Assembly: GCA_964616485.1 (NCBI GenBank)
Contig: CAZTRB010000001.1
Location: 5,247 to 69,246, forward strand
Source: an uncultured Muribaculaceae bacterium
GTDB lineage: Bacteria > Bacillota_I > Bacilli_A > RF39 > UBA660
DNA: 64,000 nt
Direction: 5' to 3'
Position numbers and translations under genes: made by a program. The notes below the pieces were generated by a model that saw nothing but the letters and a program-made list of their open reading frames with translations, searched no databases and was not told the DNA's origin. Below, piece by piece: positions 9,937 to 19,969 of this stretch (position 1 is its first letter; every line of letters starts with the position of its first letter).

Positions 9937-9960
9937 AAAGGTACAGAAGTACCTTTTTAT
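9937..9960 (+). terminator. Rho-independent terminator after the paralog pair
   Basis: AAAGGTAC-agaa-GTACCTTT followed by T-rich sequence. Confidence 0.7.
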
Positions 9961-9999
9961 TATTGAAAATATTTGCTAAAATATAGAAGTGGTGATAAA

Positions 10000-10470
10000 A
10001 TGAAAAAAGCTTTTTCGATTGGCGTTATGGGCGTGTTTATTGATCAGGTTACTAAGATGTTTGTACTTGCTAAATTAAAATTAAATGACAGTGTTAGTAT
10101 AATTGCTAATTTTTTTAATTTGACTTATATTAAAAACACCGGTGGAGCTTTCGGTTTGTTTAGTAATGGTACTATTATTTTAGCGGTAATTAGTATCGCT
10201 TTTATATGTTATCTAGTTTATTATTTTTATAAATATAAATTAAATAGCAATTTATATCAGTTTATCTTAGGACTACTCCTAGCAGGAGTTATAGGTAATT
10301 TGATCGATCGTCTAGTTAAAGGATATGTCATCGATTTTTTAGACTTTAAAATATTCGGATATGATTTTCCGATATTTAACGTCGCCGATATCTTTGTCGT
10401 ATGTGGAATGTTATTGTTTATATTAGTTATTATGAAAGAAGGTGACGGTCTTGAAAGTAAAAGTCAGTAA
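10000..10470 (+). CDS. lspA: Lipoprotein signal peptidase II
   Basis: NTGGAFG and FNVADIF motifs in a 4-TM protein; lspA-rluD pairing as in B. subtilis. Confidence 0.92.
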   Translation: MKKAFSIGVMGVFIDQVTKMFVLAKLKLNDSVSIIANFFNLTYIKNTGGAFGLFSNGTIILAVISIAFICYLVYYFYKYKLNSNLYQFILGLLLAGVIGNLIDRLVKGYVIDFLDFKIFGYDFPIFNVADIFVVCGMLLFILVIMKEGDGLESKSQ

Positions 10471-11326
10471 TATTAGAATAGATCAATACTTAGTTGAAGA
10501 GTTAAATTTATCTAGAAGTAAGATTCAAAAGCTTCTTAAAGAAGAGAAAATATTGGTTAATAATTCTAAAGTTAATGCTAATTATATTGTGAAGTTAGAT
10601 GATGAGATAACGATAGTTACTTTAGACTTAGAACCTCCTAAATTAGAAGCTGAGAATATCAAGTTAGATGTTTTATATGAAGATGATTATCTAATGATAA
10701 TTAATAAGAAGAGTGGTATGGTCGTTCATCCTGCTCCGGGTAATTATTCAAAGACTTTAGTCAATGCTCTTTTATATGATAAGAAGCTAAGTAAGGGAGA
10801 GGAATATCGTCCAGGTATCGTTCATCGTTTAGATAAAGATACTTCTGGATTATTAATCGTTGCTAAAGACGATAAAACTCACGATCTTTTAAGTAAGATG
10901 TTAGCGAAACATAAGATCGAGAGAATCTATCACGCTCTTCTTAGTGGAGTCATTCCACATGAGACGGGGACGATAGATGCACCTATTGGTAGAAGTCAAA
11001 AGAATAGACAAAAGATGGATGTAACAGATATCAATAGTAAAGAGGCTATTACGCATTTTAAAGTCTTAAAGAGATTTACTGAAAACACTTTAGTAGAGTG
11101 TCGTTTAGAGACTGGTAGAACCCACCAAATAAGAGTTCATTTCTCTTATATTGGCTATCCGTTAATAAATGATCCTTTATATGGTAAAAGTAGAAAGACG
11201 ACTTCTTTCGGACAATTTCTTCATTCTAAAGAACTAAGGTTTATTCATCCGATAACGAAGAGAGAAATACACGTTGATTCTTCTTTACCAAATGAATTTA
11301 AAGACTATCTATCTACCTTAGAATAA
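10442..11326 (+). CDS. rluD: 23S rRNA pseudouridine synthase, RluD subfamily (S4 domain + RluA-family core)
   Basis: N-terminal S4-like RIDQYL...SRSKIQKLL and catalytic HRLDKDTSGLL. The start is ambiguous (GTG 10442 or TTG 10451). Confidence 0.9.
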   Translation: MTVLKVKVSNIRIDQYLVEELNLSRSKIQKLLKEEKILVNNSKVNANYIVKLDDEITIVTLDLEPPKLEAENIKLDVLYEDDYLMIINKKSGMVVHPAPGNYSKTLVNALLYDKKLSKGEEYRPGIVHRLDKDTSGLLIVAKDDKTHDLLSKMLAKHKIERIYHALLSGVIPHETGTIDAPIGRSQKNRQKMDVTDINSKEAITHFKVLKRFTENTLVECRLETGRTHQIRVHFSYIGYPLINDPLYGKSRKTTSFGQFLHSKELRFIHPITKREIHVDSSLPNEFKDYLSTLE

Positions 11327-11373
11327 TAGCTTTATAAATGTTCTTTTTTATTGTATAATATCATTATAAGGAG

Positions 11374-12531
11374 TTGATAAAATTGCAAGAGACATTAGAT
11401 AGAAAAAACCAAATAGCAATGAAACTTCTTCATTATTTTATTACTGAAGAAAACTATAATCCCGTCGTTCTTCAAGGTGCTGAAGACGAGATTTGGTTAG
11501 AGAATTTAAATGGAGATTATAAGATAATTAGAATCGTTTCTAATCATATTTTAAACGACGAACAATTACAATTCGATCTCTTTAAGACTAAGCATGTCGT
11601 TAAGAAGATAAAGAAAAAGACATTGACGTTTAAGATCAAGGTCTTGAGTATATTTACTGATATCGAAGAGAATATCGAATTAGATAAAGAGAAAGATATC
11701 GATTGTATATCGATATATGATGAGAAAGATTTAGGAAAGTATAATGAAGTCAAGGAGACTTTTCCTGACTTGATGAAGAAAATAAAATTTTCAGAAGAGG
11801 GAGTATCTTTATTTATGAAAATAACTGCTGATATAAATCAGAAAAACAAGGAGGACTCAGTTAAAGTCGACGAAGTCTTTAAGAAGAAAATCCCTTTTGT
11901 TACTTATGGATTAATCGCTATAAATACGACTATCTTTATCTTGATGTATTTTTTAGGCAAGGAACATGAATTTATTCAAAAGTATTCGGTACACGCTTAC
12001 AGCATAATTGTTAAGGGCGAGTACTACCGTCTTTTTACGGGAGCTTTCTTACATGGAGGTATAGCTCACTTCTTATTTAATATGTATGCTCTCTATATTT
12101 TAGGTGCTCAACTAGAAGGGTTTATCGGTAAAGTTCGTTATACTACAGTTTATTTCTTTAGTATTTTAACGGCTAGTCTATTATCGATAATATTAAATGA
12201 TGCCGCATCAGTCGGGGCATCTGGTGCCGTTTTCGGTATCTTAGGTTCGCTTTTGTATTTCGGTTATCATTACCGAGTATACTTAGGTGGAGTTATAAAG
12301 AGCCAGATATTACCGATAATACTAATTAACTTATCTTTTGGGTTCTTAGCTGGTGGAAACATCGATAATTGGGCTCATATCGGTGGGTTAATCGGAGGAC
12401 TCTTGATAACTGTCGGTGTCGGTATAAAGTATAAGAGTAGTAACTTTGAGAGAATTAATGGAATGATCGTCTCTTTATTAGTGGTGGCTTTCTTAATATT
12501 CGTAGCACTTAATTATGTCGTTTTTAGTTGA
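11374..12531 (+). CDS. Rhomboid-family intramembrane serine protease with an N-terminal cytoplasmic domain (GluP/YqgP-like)
   Basis: HxxxN (HFLFNM), GASGAVFG catalytic Ser motif, AHIGG His motif, multiple TM segments. Confidence 0.88.
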   Translation: MIKLQETLDRKNQIAMKLLHYFITEENYNPVVLQGAEDEIWLENLNGDYKIIRIVSNHILNDEQLQFDLFKTKHVVKKIKKKTLTFKIKVLSIFTDIEENIELDKEKDIDCISIYDEKDLGKYNEVKETFPDLMKKIKFSEEGVSLFMKITADINQKNKEDSVKVDEVFKKKIPFVTYGLIAINTTIFILMYFLGKEHEFIQKYSVHAYSIIVKGEYYRLFTGAFLHGGIAHFLFNMYALYILGAQLEGFIGKVRYTTVYFFSILTASLLSIILNDAASVGASGAVFGILGSLLYFGYHYRVYLGGVIKSQILPIILINLSFGFLAGGNIDNWAHIGGLIGGLLITVGVGIKYKSSNFERINGMIVSLLVVAFLIFVALNYVVFS

Positions 12532-12582
12532 TAAGTTATTAATTTAATGTTAAAATAAACTATAGATGTTAGAGGTGATGAC

Positions 12583-12855
12583 ATGAGTGAGACTTTAGTT
12601 GATACTGAACTTGAAAAAACGAATATGTATCATGTTGAAGATTTTGAAGATTCAATCGTTGCTACGACTTTGAAAGAAGTTTCGGAAGCGTTGAAGGAAA
12701 AGGGTTATAATGATATTAATCAGTTAGTCGGTTATATTATGAGTGGTGATCCGGGATATATATCTTCACATAAAGATGCAAGAGGAAAGATTTCAAGACT
12801 TGATCGTAGTACAGTAGTCGAAGTTGTTCTAAGGAATTATATTAGCAAACTATGA
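12583..12855 (+). CDS. ireB: IreB/YrzL (UPF0297) family small regulatory phosphoprotein
   Basis: Conserved SGDPGYISSHKDAR motif, about 90 aa, located immediately upstream of ruvX. Confidence 0.88.
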   Translation: MSETLVDTELEKTNMYHVEDFEDSIVATTLKEVSEALKEKGYNDINQLVGYIMSGDPGYISSHKDARGKISRLDRSTVVEVVLRNYISKL

Positions 12856-13268
12856 GATATATAGGACTTGACTTAGGAAGTAAGACTTTAGGTATCGCGA
12901 TATCGGATCAAACGAAGACGATTGCTGGTAGTTACAAAACGATTAGACATGATGAAGAATACGATAGATTAGTCGATGAAGTAAAGAAGATTGTCGAAGA
13001 AGAAAAGATTGAGAAGATAATCTTGGGTCTACCGAAAAATATGAATAATACGATAGGTTTTAAAGGAGAACTTTCTTATAAGTTTAAGAGGATGCTCGAG
13101 GATAAAATTACTTGTGAAGTAGTGTTAGTCGATGAGCGACTTACGACGATAGAAGTAGAGAAAATGCTTATAAGAAACGATACCTCTAGAAATAAAAGAA
13201 AAAAAGTAGTAGATAGTTTGGCAGCGACTTTGATTTTACAAACATATTTAGATAGCCAAAAAAAATAA
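12852..13268 (+). CDS. ruvX: YqgF/RuvX putative pre-16S rRNA nuclease / Holliday-junction-resolvase-like protein
   Basis: N-terminal GLDLGSKTLGIAISD motif, 138 aa, conserved synteny. Confidence 0.9.
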   Translation: MRYIGLDLGSKTLGIAISDQTKTIAGSYKTIRHDEEYDRLVDEVKKIVEEEKIEKIILGLPKNMNNTIGFKGELSYKFKRMLEDKITCEVVLVDERLTTIEVEKMLIRNDTSRNKRKKVVDSLAATLILQTYLDSQKK

Positions 13269-13281
13269 AAAGGAGAAGAGT

Positions 13282-13641
13282 ATGGCGGAAACAGATTTAA
13301 ACATATCAGAAGAAGTAAATAACACATTTAAAGTAATAAACGAACACGGAGAGGAGATCATGTGCGATATCTTATTTACTTTCGATTCGGAAGAAACGAA
13401 GAAGAGCTATATCGTTTACACTGACAACTCAAAAGATCCTCAAGGAAATGTTCAAGTCTTTGCGTCGATTTACGATCCTAATGCTGAGAGTCAAAAATTA
13501 GAACCAATTACGACTGAGCAAGAATGGAAAGTAATCGAGACAATCTTGAATACATTACAAGAAGAGATTAAAAAGAAACTTGATGGAGTAACAGACGAAG
13601 ACGACGAAGATGGGGAAGACACTGAAGGAGATAACGAGTAA
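13282..13641 (+). CDS. DUF1292 / YrzB (UPF0473) family protein with an acidic tail
   Basis: Size, central pattern (F.F....K.Y.VYTDN) and position between ruvX and mltG. Confidence 0.8.
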   Translation: MAETDLNISEEVNNTFKVINEHGEEIMCDILFTFDSEETKKSYIVYTDNSKDPQGNVQVFASIYDPNAESQKLEPITTEQEWKVIETILNTLQEEIKKKLDGVTDEDDEDGEDTEGDNE

Positions 13642-13660
13642 ATTTTGCTCGTTATTATTT
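13631..13660 (+). terminator. Intra-operon hairpin (weak terminator/attenuator) between DUF1292 and mltG
   Basis: ATAACGAG-9 nt-CTCGTTAT followed by tattt. The T-tract is weak. Confidence 0.35.
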
Positions 13661-14741
13661 GCCAATGAGAATATTTAAGAATGTTGCTTTAGTGTTATTA
13701 GTTTTAGTCGGAGTGTTGTTCGTTACGATTGGTGTCGTCTTTAACGTTAATATATCACCGGTCGATAAGAACAATTCAAAAGAGATTACGGTAATTATTC
13801 CGGCTGGATCTACTAAGCAAAAAGTAGGAGAGATTCTTGAGAAAGAAGGACTTATCAGGAGTGCCAGTTTTTTCAATGTCTATCTTAAATTATTTGAAAC
13901 GAAAGACTTTAAAGCGGCAACATACAAGTTAAATAAGAGTATGGCTTTAAAAGAGATAATAAATATTTTAGAAAAAGGAAACAATGAGTCTGATAAGGAC
14001 GAAGAGATAAAGATTACTTTTAAAGAGGGAATCAATATAAGACAGCTTATAAAAGTAATTGTTAGTAACACTAACAATACGGAAGAAGATGTTTTAAACC
14101 TTATAAATGACGAGAAGTATCTGAATAGTCTAATCGAAAACTATTGGTTTATCGAAGATGATATTAAAAACTCTAAATTATATTATTCTATCGAAGGATA
14201 CTTATTCCCGGATACTTATATCTATGCTAATAAAGATGTTAAAGTAGAAGATATATTCGCTAAGATGTTAAAGGAAATGGATAAAAAATTGTCTCCTTTT
14301 AAAGAAGAGATTGAAAAGAGCGGTTATACTGTTCATGAAATCTTAACTCTAGCTTCAGTTATCGAAAAAGAGGGTAAGACGAAAGACTTTAAAATGATTT
14401 CTCAAGTGTTTCATAATCGCCTTAACAGAAGCAATAAATTAGAGAGTTGTGCTACATCTTATTATGGTATGAGAATGGATTTCGATGAGATTGGAATCGC
14501 TACTAATGAGATGATGCAAAACGTCAATGTCTATAATACGTATCTATTGTCCAAACTTCCTTTAGGTCCGATAGCGTTACCTGGACTTAAAGCAATCGAA
14601 GCCGCATTGTATCCAGAAGAAGGAGATAACTTGTTTTTCTTATCTGATGCGAGAGGAAACACGTATTTCTTCAAGACGATCAATGAGCAAACGGCTTATA
14701 AAAATCAATTGATTAAAGAAGGAAATTGGTACAGAAAATAA
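13659..14741 (+). CDS. mltG: Endolytic murein transglycosylase MltG (YceG-like)
   Basis: N-terminal TM segment and a YceG domain pattern (EG.LFPDTY, ..ASVIEKE, VFHNRL). Start is TTG 13659 or ATG 13665. Confidence 0.9.
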   Translation: MPMRIFKNVALVLLVLVGVLFVTIGVVFNVNISPVDKNNSKEITVIIPAGSTKQKVGEILEKEGLIRSASFFNVYLKLFETKDFKAATYKLNKSMALKEIINILEKGNNESDKDEEIKITFKEGINIRQLIKVIVSNTNNTEEDVLNLINDEKYLNSLIENYWFIEDDIKNSKLYYSIEGYLFPDTYIYANKDVKVEDIFAKMLKEMDKKLSPFKEEIEKSGYTVHEILTLASVIEKEGKTKDFKMISQVFHNRLNRSNKLESCATSYYGMRMDFDEIGIATNEMMQNVNVYNTYLLSKLPLGPIALPGLKAIEAALYPEEGDNLFFLSDARGNTYFFKTINEQTAYKNQLIKEGNWYRK

Positions 14742-14755
14742 AGGAGTGTTAATAA

Positions 14756-15361
14756 ATGTCTGCAAATCTTCATGCGATGATCAAGGAACTAAAAGATTAT
14801 GCCAAAGAAGAAAATATCCCGATAATGCGCGATGCTGGAATCGATTATCTTACGACTTTCATCATCAAACATCAAACTAAAAAAGTCTTAGAAGTAGGAA
14901 CAGCGATCGGTTATTCCGCTATAATGATGGCCCTTAGTAGTCCTAAGCTTAAGATCGTCACGATAGAAAAAGACGAGAAAAGATATTTAGAAGCTTTAAA
15001 AAATATAAAGAAATTTGGGTTAGAAGATAGGATTACTCTTATTTATAACGATGCTTTAGACGTTGTTTTAAATGAGAAGTTCGATCTAATTTTCTTAGAC
15101 GGAGCGAAAGCTAAAAACTTAGATTTTTTTCAACATTTTGAAAATAATCTAGACGAGTCGGGTTATGTGATTACCGATAATATTAATTTTCATGGTTATT
15201 GTCAATTACCAGAATGCGACATTAAGAGTAAAAATTTAAGAGGACTCGTTAAAAAGATTAAATGCTATATCGATTATTTAAAAGCATCATCGGTCTATTC
15301 GACGACTTTTACTGATGCTGGTGATGGACTAGCTATAACATCTAAAAAAGAAACTGGGTGA
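14756..15361 (+). CDS. trmR: Class I SAM-dependent O-methyltransferase, YrrM/TrmR type (tRNA mo5U34)
   Basis: VLEVGTAIGYS SAM motif and FDLIFLDGAK; located upstream of the two U32 genes as in the B. subtilis yrrMNO operon. Confidence 0.8.
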   Translation: MSANLHAMIKELKDYAKEENIPIMRDAGIDYLTTFIIKHQTKKVLEVGTAIGYSAIMMALSSPKLKIVTIEKDEKRYLEALKNIKKFGLEDRITLIYNDALDVVLNEKFDLIFLDGAKAKNLDFFQHFENNLDESGYVITDNINFHGYCQLPECDIKSKNLRGLVKKIKCYIDYLKASSVYSTTFTDAGDGLAITSKKETG

Positions 15362-15365
15362 TATT

Positions 15366-16223
15366 ATGAATTTGGTCGTTATTCCAAATAATTTAAACAA
15401 TATTAAAGAATATATTAAAATAGGGGCAAAAGCCTTTATTTTTGGCTTGAAAGGATTTTCGGTAAACTGTGAAGTGTCTCTGTCTTTAGAAGAGGTAGAA
15501 AAAGTAATTAACGATTACCCAGAAGGAGAGTTTTTTATTTCGATAAATAAGAATCTCTTTAACGATGAGATCGAGTTTATCGAAGAAGCTTTAGTAAGAC
15601 TTTCAAAGACTAGAGTAGCCGGTATCCTATTTTATGACTTAGCTATCTTAAGCATTAAGATAAAACATAAATTAGATTTAGATCTAGTATGGAATCAGAC
15701 ACATATGGTAACTAATTATAATACTTGTAATTATTATTATGACAAAGGTGTTAAGTATGGTATCTTAGCGAGTGAAATAACTAAAGAAGAGATAATAGAG
15801 ATTGCTAGTAAAACGAAGATGAAATTAATGGTAAATATTTTCGGTCATCAAGTAATGTCTTTATCGAAGAGAAAATTATTGACCAACTATTATAAAGCCA
15901 GTGGTTTCGAGACTGATGAGAAGAAGATTTCACTGTATCATCGTAATGAAGTCTTAGAACTTTTAGAAGAAGAAGCCGGAACGTCTATCATTTATGGTAA
16001 AGTTCAAAATGGAATCGATGCCTTAGAAGATATGAACGTCTCTTATTTAATTTTAAATGAATATAATATCGAAGAAAAACTATTTAAAAAAGTACTTAGA
16101 CTATATCGTAAATACTTGGATACAAGAGATAAAAAGATAATTTCAAAATTGGATAAATTAGTCGGAGATTACCGTGGTTTTCTCTATAATAAGACTATTT
16201 ATAAGGTGAAGAAAAATGATTGA
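15366..16223 (+). CDS. yrrN: Peptidase U32-family protein, YrrN type (tRNA ho5U34 hydroxylation partner)
   Basis: Assigned mainly by synteny (between yrrM-like and yrrO-like genes) and general U32-like N-terminal barrel features. Confidence 0.7.
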   Translation: MNLVVIPNNLNNIKEYIKIGAKAFIFGLKGFSVNCEVSLSLEEVEKVINDYPEGEFFISINKNLFNDEIEFIEEALVRLSKTRVAGILFYDLAILSIKIKHKLDLDLVWNQTHMVTNYNTCNYYYDKGVKYGILASEITKEEIIEIASKTKMKLMVNIFGHQVMSLSKRKLLTNYYKASGFETDEKKISLYHRNEVLELLEEEAGTSIIYGKVQNGIDALEDMNVSYLILNEYNIEEKLFKKVLRLYRKYLDTRDKKIISKLDKLVGDYRGFLYNKTIYKVKKND

Positions 16224-17385
16224 TAAAGTAGAACTATTATCTCCTGCCGGAGACTTAGAGAGGCTTAAGATAGCTCTTCTTTATGGAGCCGATGCCGTTT
16301 ATATCGGCGGTCAAGAATATAGTTTGCGTGCTAATGCGAATAATTTTTCTATTGAGGAGATAAAAGAAGCGACAGATTTTGCTCATAAGTTAAATAAGAA
16401 AGTCTATTTGACTTTAAATATCGTCTTTCATAATGAAGACTTGGCAGATGTCGAAGACTTTATAGAAAAAGTCGTAGCTGCCGGAATCGATGCTTTTATC
16501 GTCAGTGATCCTTTTATAATAAAATACATTAAAGATAACTTTAAAGTAGAAGTTCATCTTAGTACTCAAGCGTCTACTACCAATAAAGAAGCGGTGTCTT
16601 TCTGGAAAGAAGAAGGGATCGACCGTGTCGTCTTAGGTAGAGAAGTATCGATAAGAGAAATAAAAGAGATAGATCAATTAAACCTTCCAATCGAAGTGTT
16701 TATTCATGGAGCTATGTGTACTTTTTATAGTGGGCGTTGTTGTCTTTCTAATTACTTTACTAATAGAGATTCTAATCGTGGTGGTTGTGCTCAAATATGT
16801 CGCTTTGCTTTCGACACTGATCAAGAGCACCCTGAATTTACGATGGCTACCAAAGATTTAAATATGGCTAGAAATATCGATAAGTTAATCGAAGCTGGAG
16901 TAATGTCTTTAAAAGTCGAAGGAAGAATGAGATCGGCTTATTACTTAGCAACAGTCGTATCTTCTTATCGTAAAATAATAGATAGTTATTATAATAATAC
17001 TCTAACTGAAGAAGTGCTAGCAAGAGAAGAGAAAATTCTAGCTAGAGTCGCTAATAGAGAGACTAGTGATCATTTTTACTTAAGAGAAGCCGATGAGACG
17101 GATCAATATTATACTGGTAGACAAGAACTTTCTAATCAAGATTATCTTGGACTTATACTAGACTATGAAGATGGAATAATGATTCTTACTCAGAGAAATT
17201 ATTTTAAGTTAGGTGACCAGGTAGAAATATTTATGCCTGATGGAAGAGAAGAGTCTTTCACAATAGACAATATGTTTGATAAGAATATGAAACCGTTAGA
17301 AGTAGCAAGGCATCCCGAAGAGATAATCAAGATAAAGATTCCTTTTGAAGTCGTTAAAGATTCGATGATGAGAGTGAGGGTATAA
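16216..17385 (+). CDS. yrrO: Peptidase U32-family protein, YrrO type (prephenate-dependent tRNA ho5U34 synthesis)
   Basis: U32 signature E.FIHGAMC.FYSGRCCLSN...GGCAQ.CR. Confidence 0.85.
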   Translation: MIDKVELLSPAGDLERLKIALLYGADAVYIGGQEYSLRANANNFSIEEIKEATDFAHKLNKKVYLTLNIVFHNEDLADVEDFIEKVVAAGIDAFIVSDPFIIKYIKDNFKVEVHLSTQASTTNKEAVSFWKEEGIDRVVLGREVSIREIKEIDQLNLPIEVFIHGAMCTFYSGRCCLSNYFTNRDSNRGGCAQICRFAFDTDQEHPEFTMATKDLNMARNIDKLIEAGVMSLKVEGRMRSAYYLATVVSSYRKIIDSYYNNTLTEEVLAREEKILARVANRETSDHFYLREADETDQYYTGRQELSNQDYLGLILDYEDGIMILTQRNYFKLGDQVEIFMPDGREESFTIDNMFDKNMKPLEVARHPEEIIKIKIPFEVVKDSMMRVRV

Positions 17386-17386
17386 G

Positions 17387-18502
17387 ATGGATATATTTAT
17401 TAAAAAATTAAAAAAAGATATATTAAAGAAAGAAGATAATTTATCTGTTTATGCTACTAAGAGTAAAGACGCCTGTCGATTAATTAAGATAGAAGAAGAT
17501 ATAAGACCGGCATTCTTTCATGATATCGATACGATAATTTATAGTACTTCTTATAGTAGATATAGTGGAAAGACTCAAGTCTATTCTTTTTTAGATAACG
17601 ATCACATTACTAGTCGGATGACTCATGTTCAATTAGTTAGTAAAATATCGAGAACGATTGGTAGGGGATTAAATTTAAACGAAGACTTAATCGAAGCGAT
17701 AGCTCTTGGACACGATGTTGGGCACACTCCGATCGGACATGTCGGAGAAGCTTTTCTAGACGAATTGTCCGAAAGAGAACTAGGTATTCCATTCTTGCAT
17801 AATCTTCAAAGTGTAAGAAATTTTTTAGTATTAAAAAAGACAAATTTAACTATTCAAGTCTTAGACGGTATCATGTGTCATAACGGAGAAATATTAAGTA
17901 ACGAATATGAACCTATAGCAAAGACTAAAGCGGATTTCTTAAACGATTATAAAAATGCTTCTAAAGACAAGAACTATGCTAAGAAGATAAGACCTATGAC
18001 CTTAGAAGGCTGTGTTGTTAGAATATCAGATGTTATCGCTTATATTGGAAGAGATATAGAAGATGCCGTTAGATTAAATAAACTAAAACTTTCTGATTTG
18101 CCAAATAAAGTAACTAAAGTCTTAGGTAAGAACAATAGTGAGATAGTTAATACTCTAATTATGGATGTTTTAAAAGAGAGTTATGGTAAAAATAAAATTG
18201 TCTTGAGTAAACCCGTTTATGAAGCATTGAATACTTTAAAAAACTTTAACTATAAAAACATTTATGAAAAAGCTAATACGATAGAAGAGTTAAATTTTTA
18301 TAAAGATGGTATCGATAAGCTATATGCGAAGTTTTTAAAAGATTTAACTACTAAAAATAAAGAGAGTATTATCTATAAAGAGTTTCTCGATGACATGAGT
18401 GTCGACTATTTAGAAAATACTAATATTAAGAAAATAGTAATAGATTTCATTGCTGGTATGACGGATGAATATTTCCTAACACAAGTGAAAAGTGTTAACT
18501 AA
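17387..18502 (+). CDS. HD-domain dGTPase-like (deoxyguanosinetriphosphate triphosphohydrolase family) protein
   Basis: R.TH...V and LGHDVGHTPIGHVGE HD motifs; C-terminal DFIAGMTDEY. Confidence 0.82.
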   Translation: MDIFIKKLKKDILKKEDNLSVYATKSKDACRLIKIEEDIRPAFFHDIDTIIYSTSYSRYSGKTQVYSFLDNDHITSRMTHVQLVSKISRTIGRGLNLNEDLIEAIALGHDVGHTPIGHVGEAFLDELSERELGIPFLHNLQSVRNFLVLKKTNLTIQVLDGIMCHNGEILSNEYEPIAKTKADFLNDYKNASKDKNYAKKIRPMTLEGCVVRISDVIAYIGRDIEDAVRLNKLKLSDLPNKVTKVLGKNNSEIVNTLIMDVLKESYGKNKIVLSKPVYEALNTLKNFNYKNIYEKANTIEELNFYKDGIDKLYAKFLKDLTTKNKESIIYKEFLDDMSVDYLENTNIKKIVIDFIAGMTDEYFLTQVKSVN

Positions 18503-18508
18503 AAATCG

Positions 18509-18537
18509 TTGACAGAAAAATCTATTTGTGTTATCAT
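18509..18537 (+). promoter_or_regulatory. sigma-A promoter with extended -10 for greA
   Basis: TTGACA (18509-18514), 17-nt spacer ending in TGt, TATCAT (18532-18537). Confidence 0.55.
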
Positions 18538-18567
18538 TGAGCTTAATGAAAAAGAGGTGATAATATC

Positions 18568-19035
18568 ATGAAAGAAAAGAAAACTTTATTAACGGAAGAA
18601 GGCCTAGCAGAATTAAAAGCAGAATTAAAAGAACTAATAAATGTTAAGAGACCAATGAATTTAAAAGCAATCAAAGAAGCTCGTGCTTTAGGTGATTTAT
18701 CAGAAAACGCTGAATATGATGCGGCGAAAAACGAACAGACAGAGCTAGAGATGAGAATAAAAAAATTAGAACAAATTATCGAAAATCATGAGATAATAAA
18801 AAATAGAGCAACTGGAAAAGTAGAGCCAGGATCGACAGTCGAAGTAAAATATGTCGATGATGATGAAATGGACGAATACAAGATAGTAGGTAGTCAAGAG
18901 GCAGACCCTTTCGTTGGAAAAATATCTAACGAATCGCCTATCGCTAAAGCTATTTTAAATAAAAAAGTAGGAGACATTGTCGAAGTAGAAAGTCCAAATG
19001 GATCTTACAAGATTCAAATAACAGAAATCAAATAG
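18568..19035 (+). CDS. greA: Transcription elongation factor GreA
   Basis: N-terminal coiled coil LT.EG...LK.EL..L, the DLSENAEYDAAK motif, 155 aa. Confidence 0.93.
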   Translation: MKEKKTLLTEEGLAELKAELKELINVKRPMNLKAIKEARALGDLSENAEYDAAKNEQTELEMRIKKLEQIIENHEIIKNRATGKVEPGSTVEVKYVDDDEMDEYKIVGSQEADPFVGKISNESPIAKAILNKKVGDIVEVESPNGSYKIQITEIK

Positions 19036-19047
19036 ATTATATTAAAG

Positions 19048-19074
19048 TATTAGAATTGTATTCTAATATTTTTT
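19048..19074 (+). terminator. Rho-independent terminator after greA
   Basis: TATTAGAAT-tgt-ATTCTAATA followed by TTTTTT. Confidence 0.8.
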
Positions 19075-19185
19075 ATTTAACATTACAGTAAAGAAGGATT
19101 GGTTTTATCCTTTTTATTTGACTAAATATTTATAGTTGTGTATTATGTAAGTATATAATTGTTATTATAATGTATAAGGAGAAAT

Positions 19186-19860
19186 ATGAAAAAGAAAAAT
19201 AAAAAGAAAGAATTAAGTCTAGGTTACTTATTAGCAATCTTTGCTCTTTTGGTTACTGCTACTATCGGAGCACAAATTTTACATCAAGATTTACTAAGAG
19301 AAAATAAAAGAGCTATGGTTGAAGAAGATAATAGCGATGTTTATCGTGATGGAATGGTTTATGATGATGACGATGATTTTGAATTGTACGTTTCAGAGGA
19401 AGTTTTAGGAGATAGAGATTTAGATTTTTATAGTCTAAATAAAGTTACTGCTAAAACGATAAAAGCTTATTTAGAAGAAGTGAGTAGAGTAAACAATATC
19501 GAATTAGAGACTTTGTTGAATGATTTTAGATATATCGATTTAGTTAAAGAATCTATCTTAGAATATGATGAAGCCGCTTATTACTTGAGTTTTAATAATA
19601 GTAAAGAAGCATTTTTAAATATTTACGATGGTGATATCGAGGAAGATATTGAATATTCAACGGTTTTTATAGTTAGATCATTACTAGAAAATTCAGCTAG
19701 ATCTTATTACCGTGAAGTTATTAATTATATTGAAAAAGGCAATGTTGAGAATTTAGCTGTATCTTTATCAAACAGTGCAGATTTCTTAAATGTCGTTTCT
19801 AGTTTCGATGATGTGAAATTACTTGAAACACTAAGAGGTCTTGTTGGAGAAGAGATATAA
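19186..19860 (+). CDS. N-terminally membrane-anchored hypothetical protein (224 aa)
   Basis: Basic N-terminus, one TM segment (LGYLLAIFALLVTATIGAQIL), acidic extracytoplasmic part, AAGGAG SD. Confidence 0.7.
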   Translation: MKKKNKKKELSLGYLLAIFALLVTATIGAQILHQDLLRENKRAMVEEDNSDVYRDGMVYDDDDDFELYVSEEVLGDRDLDFYSLNKVTAKTIKAYLEEVSRVNNIELETLLNDFRYIDLVKESILEYDEAAYYLSFNNSKEAFLNIYDGDIEEDIEYSTVFIVRSLLENSARSYYREVINYIEKGNVENLAVSLSNSADFLNVVSSFDDVKLLETLRGLVGEEI

Positions 19861-19969
19861 GAGAAAAGAAAACTAAAAAGTTTTCTTTTTTTAAAATATA
19901 ATAAGAAAATGTTTTCACTTGTTAATATTAGTTATATATAATATAATATTAGAGTGAATGGAGGTAAAC

